Source: Verrucomicrobiota bacterium (GTDB lineage: Bacteria; Verrucomicrobiota; Verrucomicrobiia; Verrucomicrobiales; DEV007). Taken from it: a stretch of DNA of 62,757 nt. The stretch lies in the NCBI GenBank assembly GCA_045046875.1, contig JASFYY010000011.1, forward strand, positions 1 through 62,757, read 5' to 3'. How positions within the stretch are numbered: the first letter of the stretch is position 1; each line of letters begins with the position of its first letter. The translations under genes and the position numbers were made by a program. A model generated the notes under the pieces. The model was not told the origin of the DNA. It saw only the letters and a list, made by a program, of their open reading frames with translations, and did not search any database. Shown one piece after another: positions 9,668 to 18,503 of this stretch.

Positions 9668-10657
9668 TCAGGTCAACGCGCCACCACAGGATGAGCCGCT
9701 GCCGGCGGTGCAGCCAAAGCAGTGGGCGCCGGTGCGGATGGGGATGTTGGCAAAAGTGTCAGGATCGATGTCCCAGAGGTAAAGCGGGCCATAGGCTCCG
9801 GCTGATAGGGATTCAAGCGGCAGTTTCATCATTTGATTGAAGTCGCAGTCAAAAACTTCGCCGAGCCACGAGACGTTGATGGTATTGCGGCACATCAGGC
9901 CGGCGACGGTGGCGGGGTTGAAGGATTCGCGCAGTAATTGATTGTAAGATTCGTATTGGCCGGTATTTTTGAGATGGGAGGCAAAACGCGCGATGGGCAT
10001 GTTGGCGATGCAGTAGAGATCGTTGAATACGATATCAAAATGCTGTTTCATGGCTTTTTTGTAATCGGCTTTCAACTCGATCTGGCAAGGTGGTAGGAAG
10101 GCTCCGTTGGGATTGTAAACAAAGTTCAAGCGCAGTTCGGAGTCAGTGCCGTAACCGAGTTGGTTGAGTTTTTGAAAAGCGAGGATGCTGGAATCAAAAA
10201 CGCCGTCACCGCGTTGTTCGTTGACGTTATCAGGCTGGTAACAGGGCATGGAGGCGATGATTTCCACTTGCTGGTCGCGCAGGAATTGTGGAACCCACTC
10301 ATAGCCAGGTTCGTTGATGATAGTGGCGTTGAGGCGGGTCATTACCCGGCGGGGTTGATCAAAATGGCGCACGGTCTCCACCAGGCGGCGGTAGTCGGTG
10401 ATCATTTCGGGGGTGCCTCCGGTGAGGTCGAGGGTGTTGATGTCGGTTTTCTCAAACCACTGCAGGATGCGATCGACGGTCTGACCGTCCATGATCTCTT
10501 TGCGCTTGGGGCCGGCGTTCACATGACAGTGGGCGCAGGTCAGATTGCAGAGTTTGCCAATGTTGAGCTGCAGGATCTCGGGGCGGATTCGCTGCAGCGG
10601 GCTAGCGCTGTCAGCGAGGGCTTGATCAAAAGGGTTGAGTTGTAACAGAGTGGGCAT
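9668..10657 (-). CDS. arsS: Arsenosugar biosynthesis radical SAM protein ArsS family
   Basis: LQLNIGKLCNLTCAHCHV, DLTGG, LMCRNTINV, DCDFNQM and C-terminal HCFGCTAGSGSSCGGAL. Confidence 0.92.
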   Translation of the reverse strand: MPTLLQLNPFDQALADSASPLQRIRPEILQLNIGKLCNLTCAHCHVNAGPKRKEIMDGQTVDRILQWFEKTDINTLDLTGGTPEMITDYRRLVETVRHFDQPRRVMTRLNATIINEPGYEWVPQFLRDQQVEIIASMPCYQPDNVNEQRGDGVFDSSILAFQKLNQLGYGTDSELRLNFVYNPNGAFLPPCQIELKADYKKAMKQHFDIVFNDLYCIANMPIARFASHLKNTGQYESYNQLLRESFNPATVAGLMCRNTINVSWLGEVFDCDFNQMMKLPLESLSAGAYGPLYLWDIDPDTFANIPIRTGAHCFGCTAGSGSSCGGALT

Positions 10658-10689
10658 GTTGACTGGGTCAGCTGAAATTTCGCTCTCAA

Positions 10690-10746
10690 GACGATGGAAT
10701 GGGTTTATCCTTACAATTGTGTAAGGATGATTGCCGCAAATACGTC
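10690..10746. promoter_or_regulatory. Back-to-back putative ECF promoters
   Basis: Inverted repeat ATCCTTACA-ATTG-TGTAAGGAT gives TGTAAG-N17-CGTC on + (toward the sigma gene) and TGTAAG-N16-CGTC on - (toward arsS). Confidence 0.7.
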
Positions 10747-10791
10747 GATGATACGAGAATAATACCACCTTTTTGAAAAAGTTTTGTTTAA

Positions 10792-11379
10792 ATGACCGAT
10801 AGCAAGAGTCCAGAAGCCGATCCGGGATTGTGGTTGAATGATCATGGAGATCACCTCTATGGCTACGCCATGTATCGATTGCGCGACAAACACATGGCGG
10901 AGGACATGGTGCAGGAAACTCTGTTGGCGGCTTGGAAGGCTTATGGGAAATTTGAAGGGCGCAGTTCGATCAAAACCTGGCTGACGACCATCCTGCATAA
11001 TAAGATTGTCGATTTTGTGCGTAAGGCGGCGCGCCAGAAACTCGTATTCAGCGACGAAGATTTGGATGGAAGGATAGACGGGGAGTTCAGTGAGACAGGA
11101 CATATCAATGCAGAGTTTGGTTCCAAACAATGGCCCTTGCGACCGGATGACATGGCGCAGCGTGGGGATTTTTGGAGGATTTTGCAGCAGTGCATCGATC
11201 ATCTGCCCAAGGACACTGGTGAGGTGTTTCGTTTGCGCGAGGTGGATGGATTGTCAACGGAGGAGATTTGTGAATTGAAGGGGATTGGGAAAAATAATTT
11301 TTGGGTGATCCTACACCGTGCCCGCAAGGGTTTGCGATCCTGCATGGAGAGCAATTGGGTGGGGCAGCATGATAAATAA
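10792..11379 (+). CDS. ECF sigma-70 factor
   Basis: Region 2 AEDMVQETLLAAW, FEGRSSIKTWL; region 4 FRLREVDGLSTEEIC, VILHRAR. Confidence 0.95.
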   Translation: MTDSKSPEADPGLWLNDHGDHLYGYAMYRLRDKHMAEDMVQETLLAAWKAYGKFEGRSSIKTWLTTILHNKIVDFVRKAARQKLVFSDEDLDGRIDGEFSETGHINAEFGSKQWPLRPDDMAQRGDFWRILQQCIDHLPKDTGEVFRLREVDGLSTEEICELKGIGKNNFWVILHRARKGLRSCMESNWVGQHDK

Positions 11380-11388
11380 GGAACTAAG

Positions 11389-11724
11389 ATGAAATTGATA
11401 GAACGTTTGATGTTTTTGGTGATCCCCAGTTGTCGGGAAACTCAAAAGCTGCAATCCAAGACCTTGGACGAGAAGTTGCCGTGGCTGACCCGCTGCTCGT
11501 TGTGGATGCATTGTGTGATGTGTGGCTGGTGCCGGCGTTATGGCAAGCAGCTCAAATTTCTCAGCCGTGCTTGTGGGGATCTGCCGGAGTGCGGGGATTT
11601 TGAAAAAGATGAAGCTTTGCCCGAGGAGGCCAAAGAGCGGATTGCGCGGTGTTTGTGTGAAGCTGAGGCTGGAGGGAAGGAAGCGGTAAGTGCGGATGTC
11701 GTGGATGGGGCTCAAGAACCTTAG
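11389..11724 (+). CDS. Zinc-finger (HxxxCxxC) anti-sigma factor
   Basis: SCRET...HCVMCGWC directly downstream of the ECF gene. Confidence 0.8.
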   Translation: MKLIERLMFLVIPSCRETQKLQSKTLDEKLPWLTRCSLWMHCVMCGWCRRYGKQLKFLSRACGDLPECGDFEKDEALPEEAKERIARCLCEAEAGGKEAVSADVVDGAQEP

Positions 11725-11826
11725 GGGCTGAGTTTGTTTGGGGGCGTTGAAAAATGAGCGGATCAGGGCTGCGGTGAACTTCGTCCTTGAAAGACGCTGA
11801 TTTTTTGTGATGGGTGACAGCGTCTT

Positions 11827-13209
11827 ATGAAAAATCAGCCTACACTCGACCCTACATTTGTCCCAGCCGTGCTTTGGAACCGGGATTATCAAAACCGCGT
11901 CCAGCAAAGTGGCGGTGGTGAAGCTTTTGCGATTGCCTTGCAGCGTCCGGGCGGATCGGTTTCGCGATTTGATACGCAGGTGTTCAGCGATACAGAGGGC
12001 GAGGCTTGGCAGCAATCGGTGCGTTATATTGAGCGGATTTTGAAATTTTTGCTGTGGCAGCGTGGCGGGGCGAACATTTATTTAGGAGGCAATCGTGCGG
12101 TGGCGGAAAAGGTGGCTTCTTTTTATCAAATGGGAGCGGAGCGTGAGTTTGATTTTGATTTCATTGGCAAGTCGGTATACCGGCAGCCCTTGGATTTTCA
12201 GTTAGTGGCGTTGGATGAGGTGCCGGCCTCTAAAGAGACGACGATTGCCCTGGGGCGTCATTTGGATGGTTGCCGCATTGGTTTTGATCTCGGCGGCAGT
12301 GACCGTAAAAGCGCAGCGGTGATTGATGGGGAAGTGGTGTTTTCCGAGGAAATCGAATGGGATCCTTATTTTGAAAATGACCCTGAATATCATTATCAGG
12401 GAATCAACGACAGTTTGAAGCGTGCGGCGGCGCATTTGCCACGGGTGGATGCGATCGGTGGCAGTGCGGCCGGGGTGTATGTGGATAATGAGGTGCGCAT
12501 TGCTTCTCTGTTTCGCGGCGTCAGTGAGGAGAATTTTGAAAAGCGGGTGAGGCGAATGTTTTTTGATCTAAAAAAAGAATGGAACGACGTGCCTTTTGAC
12601 GTGGTGAATGATGGTGAAGTGACCGCACTGGCGGGTGCGATGTCATCGGGTGCCAACGGCGTGCTGGGGGTGGCGATGGGCACCAGTGAAGCGGTGGGTT
12701 ATGTCAATCCCGAGGGGCACATCACTCCCTGGTTGAACGAGTTGGCTTTTGCTCCGGTGGATTATCGTGACCAGGCTCCGGTCGATGAGTGGAGTGGGGA
12801 TCACGGCTGTGGCGCGCAGTATTTTTGTCAGCAGGCGGTGGCGAGACTGGCGCCGTTGGCGGGGCTGGAGTATCCGGACGAAATGGGATTTCCCGAGCGT
12901 TTGATCGAAGTTCAGAATCTGATGAAAGCCGGGGATCAGCGGGCGGCGGACATTTATGATACGATTGGCACTTGTTTTGGTTATTCGATTGCCCACTACG
13001 CGGATTTTTACGATATCGAGAATGTTTTGGTGCTGGGTCGGGTGACTTCCGGAGAAGGCGGTGAGCGCATTATCTCGAATGCCGAAGCGGTGCTGGCGGA
13101 TGAATTTCCGGAGCTGAGTGAAAAGATTGCCTTGCGCACTCCGGGGGAAAAAGAGAAACGCCACGGTCAATCGATCGCAGCGGCCAGTTTGCCGGCTTTG
13201 GGGGAATAA
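11827..13209 (+). CDS. ROK family protein
   Basis: Motifs IGFDLGGSD, VVNDGEVTALAG and GWLNE-like PWLNELAF. Confidence 0.85.
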   Translation: MKNQPTLDPTFVPAVLWNRDYQNRVQQSGGGEAFAIALQRPGGSVSRFDTQVFSDTEGEAWQQSVRYIERILKFLLWQRGGANIYLGGNRAVAEKVASFYQMGAEREFDFDFIGKSVYRQPLDFQLVALDEVPASKETTIALGRHLDGCRIGFDLGGSDRKSAAVIDGEVVFSEEIEWDPYFENDPEYHYQGINDSLKRAAAHLPRVDAIGGSAAGVYVDNEVRIASLFRGVSEENFEKRVRRMFFDLKKEWNDVPFDVVNDGEVTALAGAMSSGANGVLGVAMGTSEAVGYVNPEGHITPWLNELAFAPVDYRDQAPVDEWSGDHGCGAQYFCQQAVARLAPLAGLEYPDEMGFPERLIEVQNLMKAGDQRAADIYDTIGTCFGYSIAHYADFYDIENVLVLGRVTSGEGGERIISNAEAVLADEFPELSEKIALRTPGEKEKRHGQSIAAASLPALGE

Positions 13210-13220
13210 GCTAAATCAAG

Positions 13221-13248
13221 GTAGGTCGGGTAGGAAAACCCGACCTCC
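13221..13248 (+). repeat. REP-like palindrome (GTAG type)
   Basis: GTAGGTCGGGT-AGGAAA-ACCCGACCTCC between convergent genes. Confidence 0.6.
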
Positions 13249-13266
13249 TGTGGGGAGATTGGGGAA

Positions 13267-13737
13267 TCAGGCGCTGCCTTCGTCGGGGGCTTGAAAGCCG
13301 CTGGCTTCCATTTTGTTGAGCACTTCGGACATGTCCTCGACTTCGTCCCAAACGGTTTGGGCGATGTAAATGGGGGCCTCCTGTTGAATCGCCAGCGCCA
13401 CGGCATCGCTGGGGCGGGCATCGAGCTCGATGATTTTTTTCTCTTCGAGTTCGTTGGAGACAGTGATGATGAGACGGGCGTAATAAACGCTGTCGGCAAA
13501 ACTGATGATGACCACCCGGTTGACCTTGGCACCGAGGGAGGTCAGCAGGTCGGCAAAGAGGTCGTGGGTTTGTGGACGGGGTTTGGGCGTGTGGTGCATG
13601 AACATGGTGATCGCCGCTCCCACCGCCTGGTCGACATAAACCACAAAAACCTTGTGTTCGTTGCCGAGAAAAACGGCGCACCCTCCGCTGGTAGGTAACA
13701 CTGCGCGGACTTCGATTTCGATGACGTCTTTTCCCAT
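13267..13737 (-). CDS. Bifunctional nuclease (DUF151) family
   Basis: Motifs PRPQTHDL and DARPSDAVALA. Confidence 0.92.
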   Translation of the reverse strand: MGKDVIEIEVRAVLPTSGGCAVFLGNEHKVFVVYVDQAVGAAITMFMHHTPKPRPQTHDLFADLLTSLGAKVNRVVIISFADSVYYARLIITVSNELEEKKIIELDARPSDAVALAIQQEAPIYIAQTVWDEVEDMSEVLNKMEASGFQAPDEGSA

Positions 13738-13816
13738 GGTATTGTTTTTATTACGAGCGGCTGGCCGCCCGTTATTAGAATGTGAAGAAAAGAAGGGGAT
13801 AAGGCAAACGGAAAGT

Positions 13817-14338
13817 CTAACAGTCTGTCAAAAATTGTGCGTGTTCTTTGGATACCGCTACATATTTTTCCGCCCATTGACGGATGGATTGTTGTTTTTG
13901 CAGATCCAGTTTGCTTACGACTTTGGCAGGGCTACCCATCACAAGTGATCCGGGCGGGATGATGGTGCCCTGGGTGACGAGAGAACCTGCACCGATAATG
14001 CTGCGTGCACCGACCTGTACGCCGTCCATCAGAATGGATCCCATGCCAATCAATACTTCATCGTCAACGCTACAGGCATGCAACATGGCTTTGTGTCCGC
14101 AGGTGACAAACTGCCCTACCGTTGTTCCTAAGTCGCTGGACAAGTGGATGACGGTGCCGTCTTGAATATTTGAAGACGGGCCAATGGTGATGCTTTGGAT
14201 ATCAGCTCGCAGCACACATTGGTACCAGACGGAAGCGTGCTCGGCCAGACTGACGGCACCAATGATCCGGGCGTCGGGAGCTACGAAGGATGTGGGATGG
14301 AGCTGGGGAGGGGTGGATAGGTGGGTGCAGACGGACAT
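13817..14338 (-). CDS. Gamma carbonic anhydrase family protein
   Basis: Hexapeptide repeats, VLRAD, SNIQDGTVIH, GHKAMLHAC. Confidence 0.93.
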   Translation of the reverse strand: MSVCTHLSTPPQLHPTSFVAPDARIIGAVSLAEHASVWYQCVLRADIQSITIGPSSNIQDGTVIHLSSDLGTTVGQFVTCGHKAMLHACSVDDEVLIGMGSILMDGVQVGARSIIGAGSLVTQGTIIPPGSLVMGSPAKVVSKLDLQKQQSIRQWAEKYVAVSKEHAQFLTDC

Positions 14339-14486
14339 TTGTGATTTTGTGGAAAAGGGTGGAAAAAGACTTCAATATAGGAAGAAATGGGCAAAATACC
14401 TGAAAAAGGGGCTTATTTTGAGGAAAAATGCATTTTTTTGCGCAAAGCTCTTTACTAACGCGAGCGAAAACCCTAATGAAAAGGCA

Positions 14487-14762
14487 ATGAACAAGGGACA
14501 AATTGTAGAAGCAGTACAGGGCGCACTCGGTGAAAGCGCATCAAAGAAGGATGCCGAAGAGGCTGTAGCAGCTGTTCTCGGCGCTATCGCTGATGGCGTT
14601 AGAGCAGATGGAACCGTTCAGTTGATCGGTTTCGGAACCTTCGTAGTGAGAGAGCGTGCGGCCCGTATGGGACGCAACCCAAAGACTGGAGAAGCGATGC
14701 AAATCAAAGCTTCCAAGTCTGTGGGATTCAAGCCTTCCGCCGCATTGAAGGGCTCCCTGTAA
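14487..14762 (+). CDS. hup: HU family DNA-binding protein
   Basis: MNKGQIVEAV...GFGTF...GRNPKTGE...FKPS; true start at ATG 14487. Confidence 0.95.
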   Translation: MNKGQIVEAVQGALGESASKKDAEEAVAAVLGAIADGVRADGTVQLIGFGTFVVRERAARMGRNPKTGEAMQIKASKSVGFKPSAALKGSL

Positions 14763-14788
14763 GAACCTTAGTTGTTAAAAACTAACCC

Positions 14789-14824
14789 AAAGCCGTTGGC
14801 AGTTTTCTGCCAGCGGCTTTTTTT
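14789..14824 (+). terminator. Rho-independent terminator after hup
   Basis: AAAGCCGTTGGCAG-TTTT-CTGCCAGCGGC followed by a T run. Confidence 0.88.
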
Positions 14825-14959
14825 ATGAGGTGAGCTATCCAGCATGAAGTGAATGGGGGAAGGTGGAACTGCTGGCTGTGCGATTCACTTCTTCTGTTAG
14901 TTTTTTAAATAAAGAAATAGAGTTTGCTATCTGGATATTAGCTTGCCAGAATACTGGTC

Positions 14960-15901
14960 ATGTCAGACTGGTATTACGCTAAAGAAAAACAAAAATGTGG
15001 ACCTGTAACCGGGGTGGAGTTGAGGGATTTGTTGGTGCAAGGAATTCTTGCCAGAGACAGTTTGGTATGGACAGAAGGAATGGATGATTGGCAGCCTGTG
15101 TTCAAGGTGAGTGAGTTACTAGAATCCGTCCCGGAGACGGCGAGCTGTGCGGTGAGTGGGAAGCGCATGCCCGTGTCACAAATGCTCGCATACGGTGAGC
15201 AGAAGATTGATCCTGCTCAGAAGCAGAATTTTGTGCAACATCTCAGGGAGGGGGGCACCGCTACCGGCGCTTTTCCCATTTCCTCAGAGGGCTATGTTTA
15301 TGTTGACCCGACTGCGCGGGCGAATATCACGAAATGGTTGTTGGTCGGGGGAACCTTATTATCAATTGCAATGGCGGTTAGCGGTTTTTTCACCACGGGC
15401 ATGGAGTCAGAAGATTTTAATATAGCGGATGGAATTCAAGCTTTGTTACTTCTCGGTTATATCCCTATTTGGATCGCGGGAATTGTTTTTTTCTGCATGT
15501 GGAAGCACAGAGCTTGCAGCAATGCCTACGCTCTTGGGGGCATGGAAGGTGTAAACAATCCTATTACCCCGGGCTGGGCGGTTGGATATTATTTTATCCC
15601 TATTTTGATGTTATGGAAGCCTTATCAAGCGATGAAGCAAATATGGGAGGCGTCATCAGGCGGGGGGAGGTCTTTGTCGGTAATTGGTTTGTGGTGGGCA
15701 CTTTGGATCCTGACGGGAGTATTGGATAGGTTTTCATTCAAACTCGCTTTTTCAGGTCAGGAAGGAACCGGCTTGATACTTGATGGGGTTACAGCTGTTA
15801 TCGCCATTCCTCTTCTGCTTTTCCTTTTGAAAATCATTGGTGAAATCACCAAAGCTCAGGTGGCTACACAAAAAGAACGATCAGACTTGGGTGGGTTTTA
15901 G
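14960..15901 (+). CDS. GYF_2 + DUF4328 membrane protein
   Basis: N-terminal WYY...GP...LVWTEGMDDWQP (GYF_2); TPGWAVGYYFIP..LWKPYQ (DUF4328). Confidence 0.85.
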   Translation: MSDWYYAKEKQKCGPVTGVELRDLLVQGILARDSLVWTEGMDDWQPVFKVSELLESVPETASCAVSGKRMPVSQMLAYGEQKIDPAQKQNFVQHLREGGTATGAFPISSEGYVYVDPTARANITKWLLVGGTLLSIAMAVSGFFTTGMESEDFNIADGIQALLLLGYIPIWIAGIVFFCMWKHRACSNAYALGGMEGVNNPITPGWAVGYYFIPILMLWKPYQAMKQIWEASSGGGRSLSVIGLWWALWILTGVLDRFSFKLAFSGQEGTGLILDGVTAVIAIPLLLFLLKIIGEITKAQVATQKERSDLGGF

Positions 15902-15914
15902 GGGCGCTGCCCTG

Positions 15915-17249
15915 TCACGATCCAAGGCCGCAGGCTTGGAATATGCCGCGGGCTTTGTGCAGGGTTTCTTCGTATTCTTTTTGCGGAATGGAATCGGCGA
16001 CGATGCCGGCGCCGACGTTGAAACGCAGGGTTTGTTTTTCGATGATGGCGGTGCGGATGGCGATGTTGAATATCGATTCGTGATTGAAACCAAAGATGCC
16101 GATGGCTCCGGTGTAGAGTCCACGGGCGGTTGTTTCCAGTTCGTCGATGATCTGCATGGCGCGGATCTTGGGAGCTCCGGTGATCGAGCCGCCGGGAAAA
16201 CAGGCTAGCAGGGCATCCACCGGGTGTAGCTGGTCTTGAAGCTGACCACTGACGGTGGAGACTAAGTGAAAAACTTGCTCGAAGCGTTCGAGTTTGAGCA
16301 GTTCACTGACTTCGACGGATCCGGCTTCACAGATTTTGCCGAGGTCGTTGCGCTCGAGATCGGTGATCATGATCAGCTCGGCGATCTCCTTGGGTGAAGT
16401 GATCAACTCGTAGGCGGAGCGTTCGTCCGCTGACGGGTCGCGAAATCGCGGGCGGGTGCCTTTGATCGGGCGGGTGATGATCTCGCGGCCGCTGATTTTG
16501 AGGAAAAGCTCGGGGGAGGAGGATAAGATCTGTCGTTGCTCAAGTTTGAGAAAAGCGGCAAAGGGGGCGGGGGATTTGTCACGCAAGTGTTCGTAGAGGG
16601 CAAAAGCTGCGCTGGGGTTTTTCTGCGCTGAGCTTGGCCAGGGGGCGGAAAACTGATGGGAGAGATTGACCTGGTAGATGTCGCCGGCAGCGATGTAGGC
16701 CTGGGCTTGTTCCACTTTCTGGCAAAAATCAGCACTGGTCATGGAAGATGAGAATGCTTCGCGAGGAGAAGGAGCGGAAGCGGCAGGCGGAGTGCTGTGA
16801 AGCTGGTTCCAGTCGACCTTATTTTGTTGCTCGCCGATTTCGAACCATTGGCAGTGCTGGTGATCGTAAACCAGCATGTGGGGGTAGATGCCGAAGTGGT
16901 AGCTGCCATCGTAATCAAAGCTGCCGATGGCGCCGCCGGTAGGAAAGCCGCAATCGAATGAGGAACAGCGGGATTGCCCTTGTGCCAGTGCTTGTTTTAA
17001 TTCTTTTATGCCGGGATCGGAGTCTGCGGGATGCGGGTGGGTGGGCTGCCAGCGGCCTTGAATGATTTTTTCCGGATGGGTGGCAAGAATGGAGATCCCT
17101 CTGGGGGCACAATCCTGATGAGGGGAGTCCGTCGAGGCAGAGTCGAGAAAAACAAAGCCGGGGTGGTGGATCAGCCCACGAGCGAGCTCAACCGGACGAT
17201 AATCGAGATCGACGGCGTTGGCTTTGAGCTGGCAGGAAGAGGGATTCAT
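15915..17249 (-). CDS. pabB: Aminodeoxychorismate synthase component I
   Basis: GDIYQVNL, SSSPELF, TRPIKGT, DLERNDL, FPGGSITGAPK; PIKGT is the PabB-type motif. Confidence 0.85.
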   Translation of the reverse strand: MNPSSCQLKANAVDLDYRPVELARGLIHHPGFVFLDSASTDSPHQDCAPRGISILATHPEKIIQGRWQPTHPHPADSDPGIKELKQALAQGQSRCSSFDCGFPTGGAIGSFDYDGSYHFGIYPHMLVYDHQHCQWFEIGEQQNKVDWNQLHSTPPAASAPSPREAFSSSMTSADFCQKVEQAQAYIAAGDIYQVNLSHQFSAPWPSSAQKNPSAAFALYEHLRDKSPAPFAAFLKLEQRQILSSSPELFLKISGREIITRPIKGTRPRFRDPSADERSAYELITSPKEIAELIMITDLERNDLGKICEAGSVEVSELLKLERFEQVFHLVSTVSGQLQDQLHPVDALLACFPGGSITGAPKIRAMQIIDELETTARGLYTGAIGIFGFNHESIFNIAIRTAIIEKQTLRFNVGAGIVADSIPQKEYEETLHKARGIFQACGLGS

Positions 17250-17337
17250 TGGATTTTGAGTGTAGCGGCTCGTTCAAGGGGAATCAAATCGAACGAGAGG
17301 CGGTGATGATGGTCGAACAAGAAAGCGGTTATCGGCA

Positions 17338-17366
17338 TTGACACTGAGCGGCAAGATTCATACTCT
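17338..17366 (+). promoter_or_regulatory. Sigma-70 promoter
   Basis: TTGACA-N17-TACTCT, ending 36 nt upstream of ATG 17403. Confidence 0.6.
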
Positions 17367-17402
17367 CTGTGTTTTTTTGTTTTCCTGTTGTCGAAGTGAA
17401 AC

Positions 17403-18503
17403 ATGGCAGAAGAATTGTATAATACGAATAGTCATAGCAATCGCACCTTCACGGTGGCGATGTGGGTGATTGGTTTCATCGCGGGCGGGCAATTTTTGGC
17501 GATGGGCTGGGTGCTGATGAGGCATCAGCCTGCGGCGTCAGCATTATCAAAAGCAAAGCTGGAAGGATCACAAGTCGGGGACACGTCCCTTGCGGCGACG
17601 GGGGTAGAGCCTGGTAAAGGGATTTTGCCACCGATGCCGGAAATTTTCAGAAAAGAGATGTCACAGAGTGCTTCGGTATTGCCAACTCCTCCTTTGCAAG
17701 GGGTGGGTGGGGGGATCCCACCGATTTCAGCCCAGGCTTATTCGGCTCATCTGATCACCGATCCAGAGGTGGAGCGTTTATTGAATACCGCGAGCGAATT
17801 GCGTGCCAGTGGTAATATGCAGGCGGCTTTGCGAACTTTACAGGCTGCAGAGGCCAAGCAGGCAGATCATCCGCGTATTCTCAGTGACATTGCCGGTGTT
17901 TATTCGCAGCTTGGTCTGGAGGACAAAGCTGCGGTGTATTGGGAGAAAATCTACCGTCTTGGAGAGCAACGTGCGGGAGCCTATTTTGACATGGCTGACA
18001 TGGTTTTGAAGGGCAAGCAACTTGAACCGACACCCAACAAGGACTCGATGCTGTCGATTGGGGATATTGCCGAAATACGTGACAAAGAGGTTACCGCTGG
18101 AGAGCGTATCACTTTGCGGGTCAAGATCAAAGCCAAGCCGGGAAGCCAGCCGGTGGGGGCGGATTTGGCATTATTGGTCTATTTTTATGATTTAGTGGAT
18201 GGAAAACGATTTTTACCCTCGACGGCGGACACTTCAGAATCGTATATATCTGCACCGTATGACTGGAGGAATGGTGAAAGCGAACAAATTGAAGTGAGTT
18301 ATTATCAGCCGGTGTTCACCAAGGAACAAAAACGGGATCTGGGGGAAAGAGTTTATTACGGTTATATTGTAGAATTATATTATCAAAATGAGTTACAGGA
18401 TGTTGTGGCGGCCCCACGTAAGCTTATGGGACTGAATCCCAGTGCGCCTCCTGCAAATAAAGGCCCGAGGAATGGTCCTGATAGCAGTTTATTTCCCCAA
18501 TGA
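17403..18503 (+). CDS. Membrane-anchored TPR-containing hypothetical protein
   Basis: N-terminal TM, Pro-rich linker, TPR-like helices, beta-rich C-terminal domain. Confidence 0.75.
   Translation: MAEELYNTNSHSNRTFTVAMWVIGFIAGGQFLAMGWVLMRHQPAASALSKAKLEGSQVGDTSLAATGVEPGKGILPPMPEIFRKEMSQSASVLPTPPLQGVGGGIPPISAQAYSAHLITDPEVERLLNTASELRASGNMQAALRTLQAAEAKQADHPRILSDIAGVYSQLGLEDKAAVYWEKIYRLGEQRAGAYFDMADMVLKGKQLEPTPNKDSMLSIGDIAEIRDKEVTAGERITLRVKIKAKPGSQPVGADLALLVYFYDLVDGKRFLPSTADTSESYISAPYDWRNGESEQIEVSYYQPVFTKEQKRDLGERVYYGYIVELYYQNELQDVVAAPRKLMGLNPSAPPANKGPRNGPDSSLFPQ

Noticed and set aside
9668..9700. Selenocysteine in the ArsS C-terminus
   Set aside because: The SSCGG codon is TGT (Cys); the TGA follows a complete C-terminal motif.
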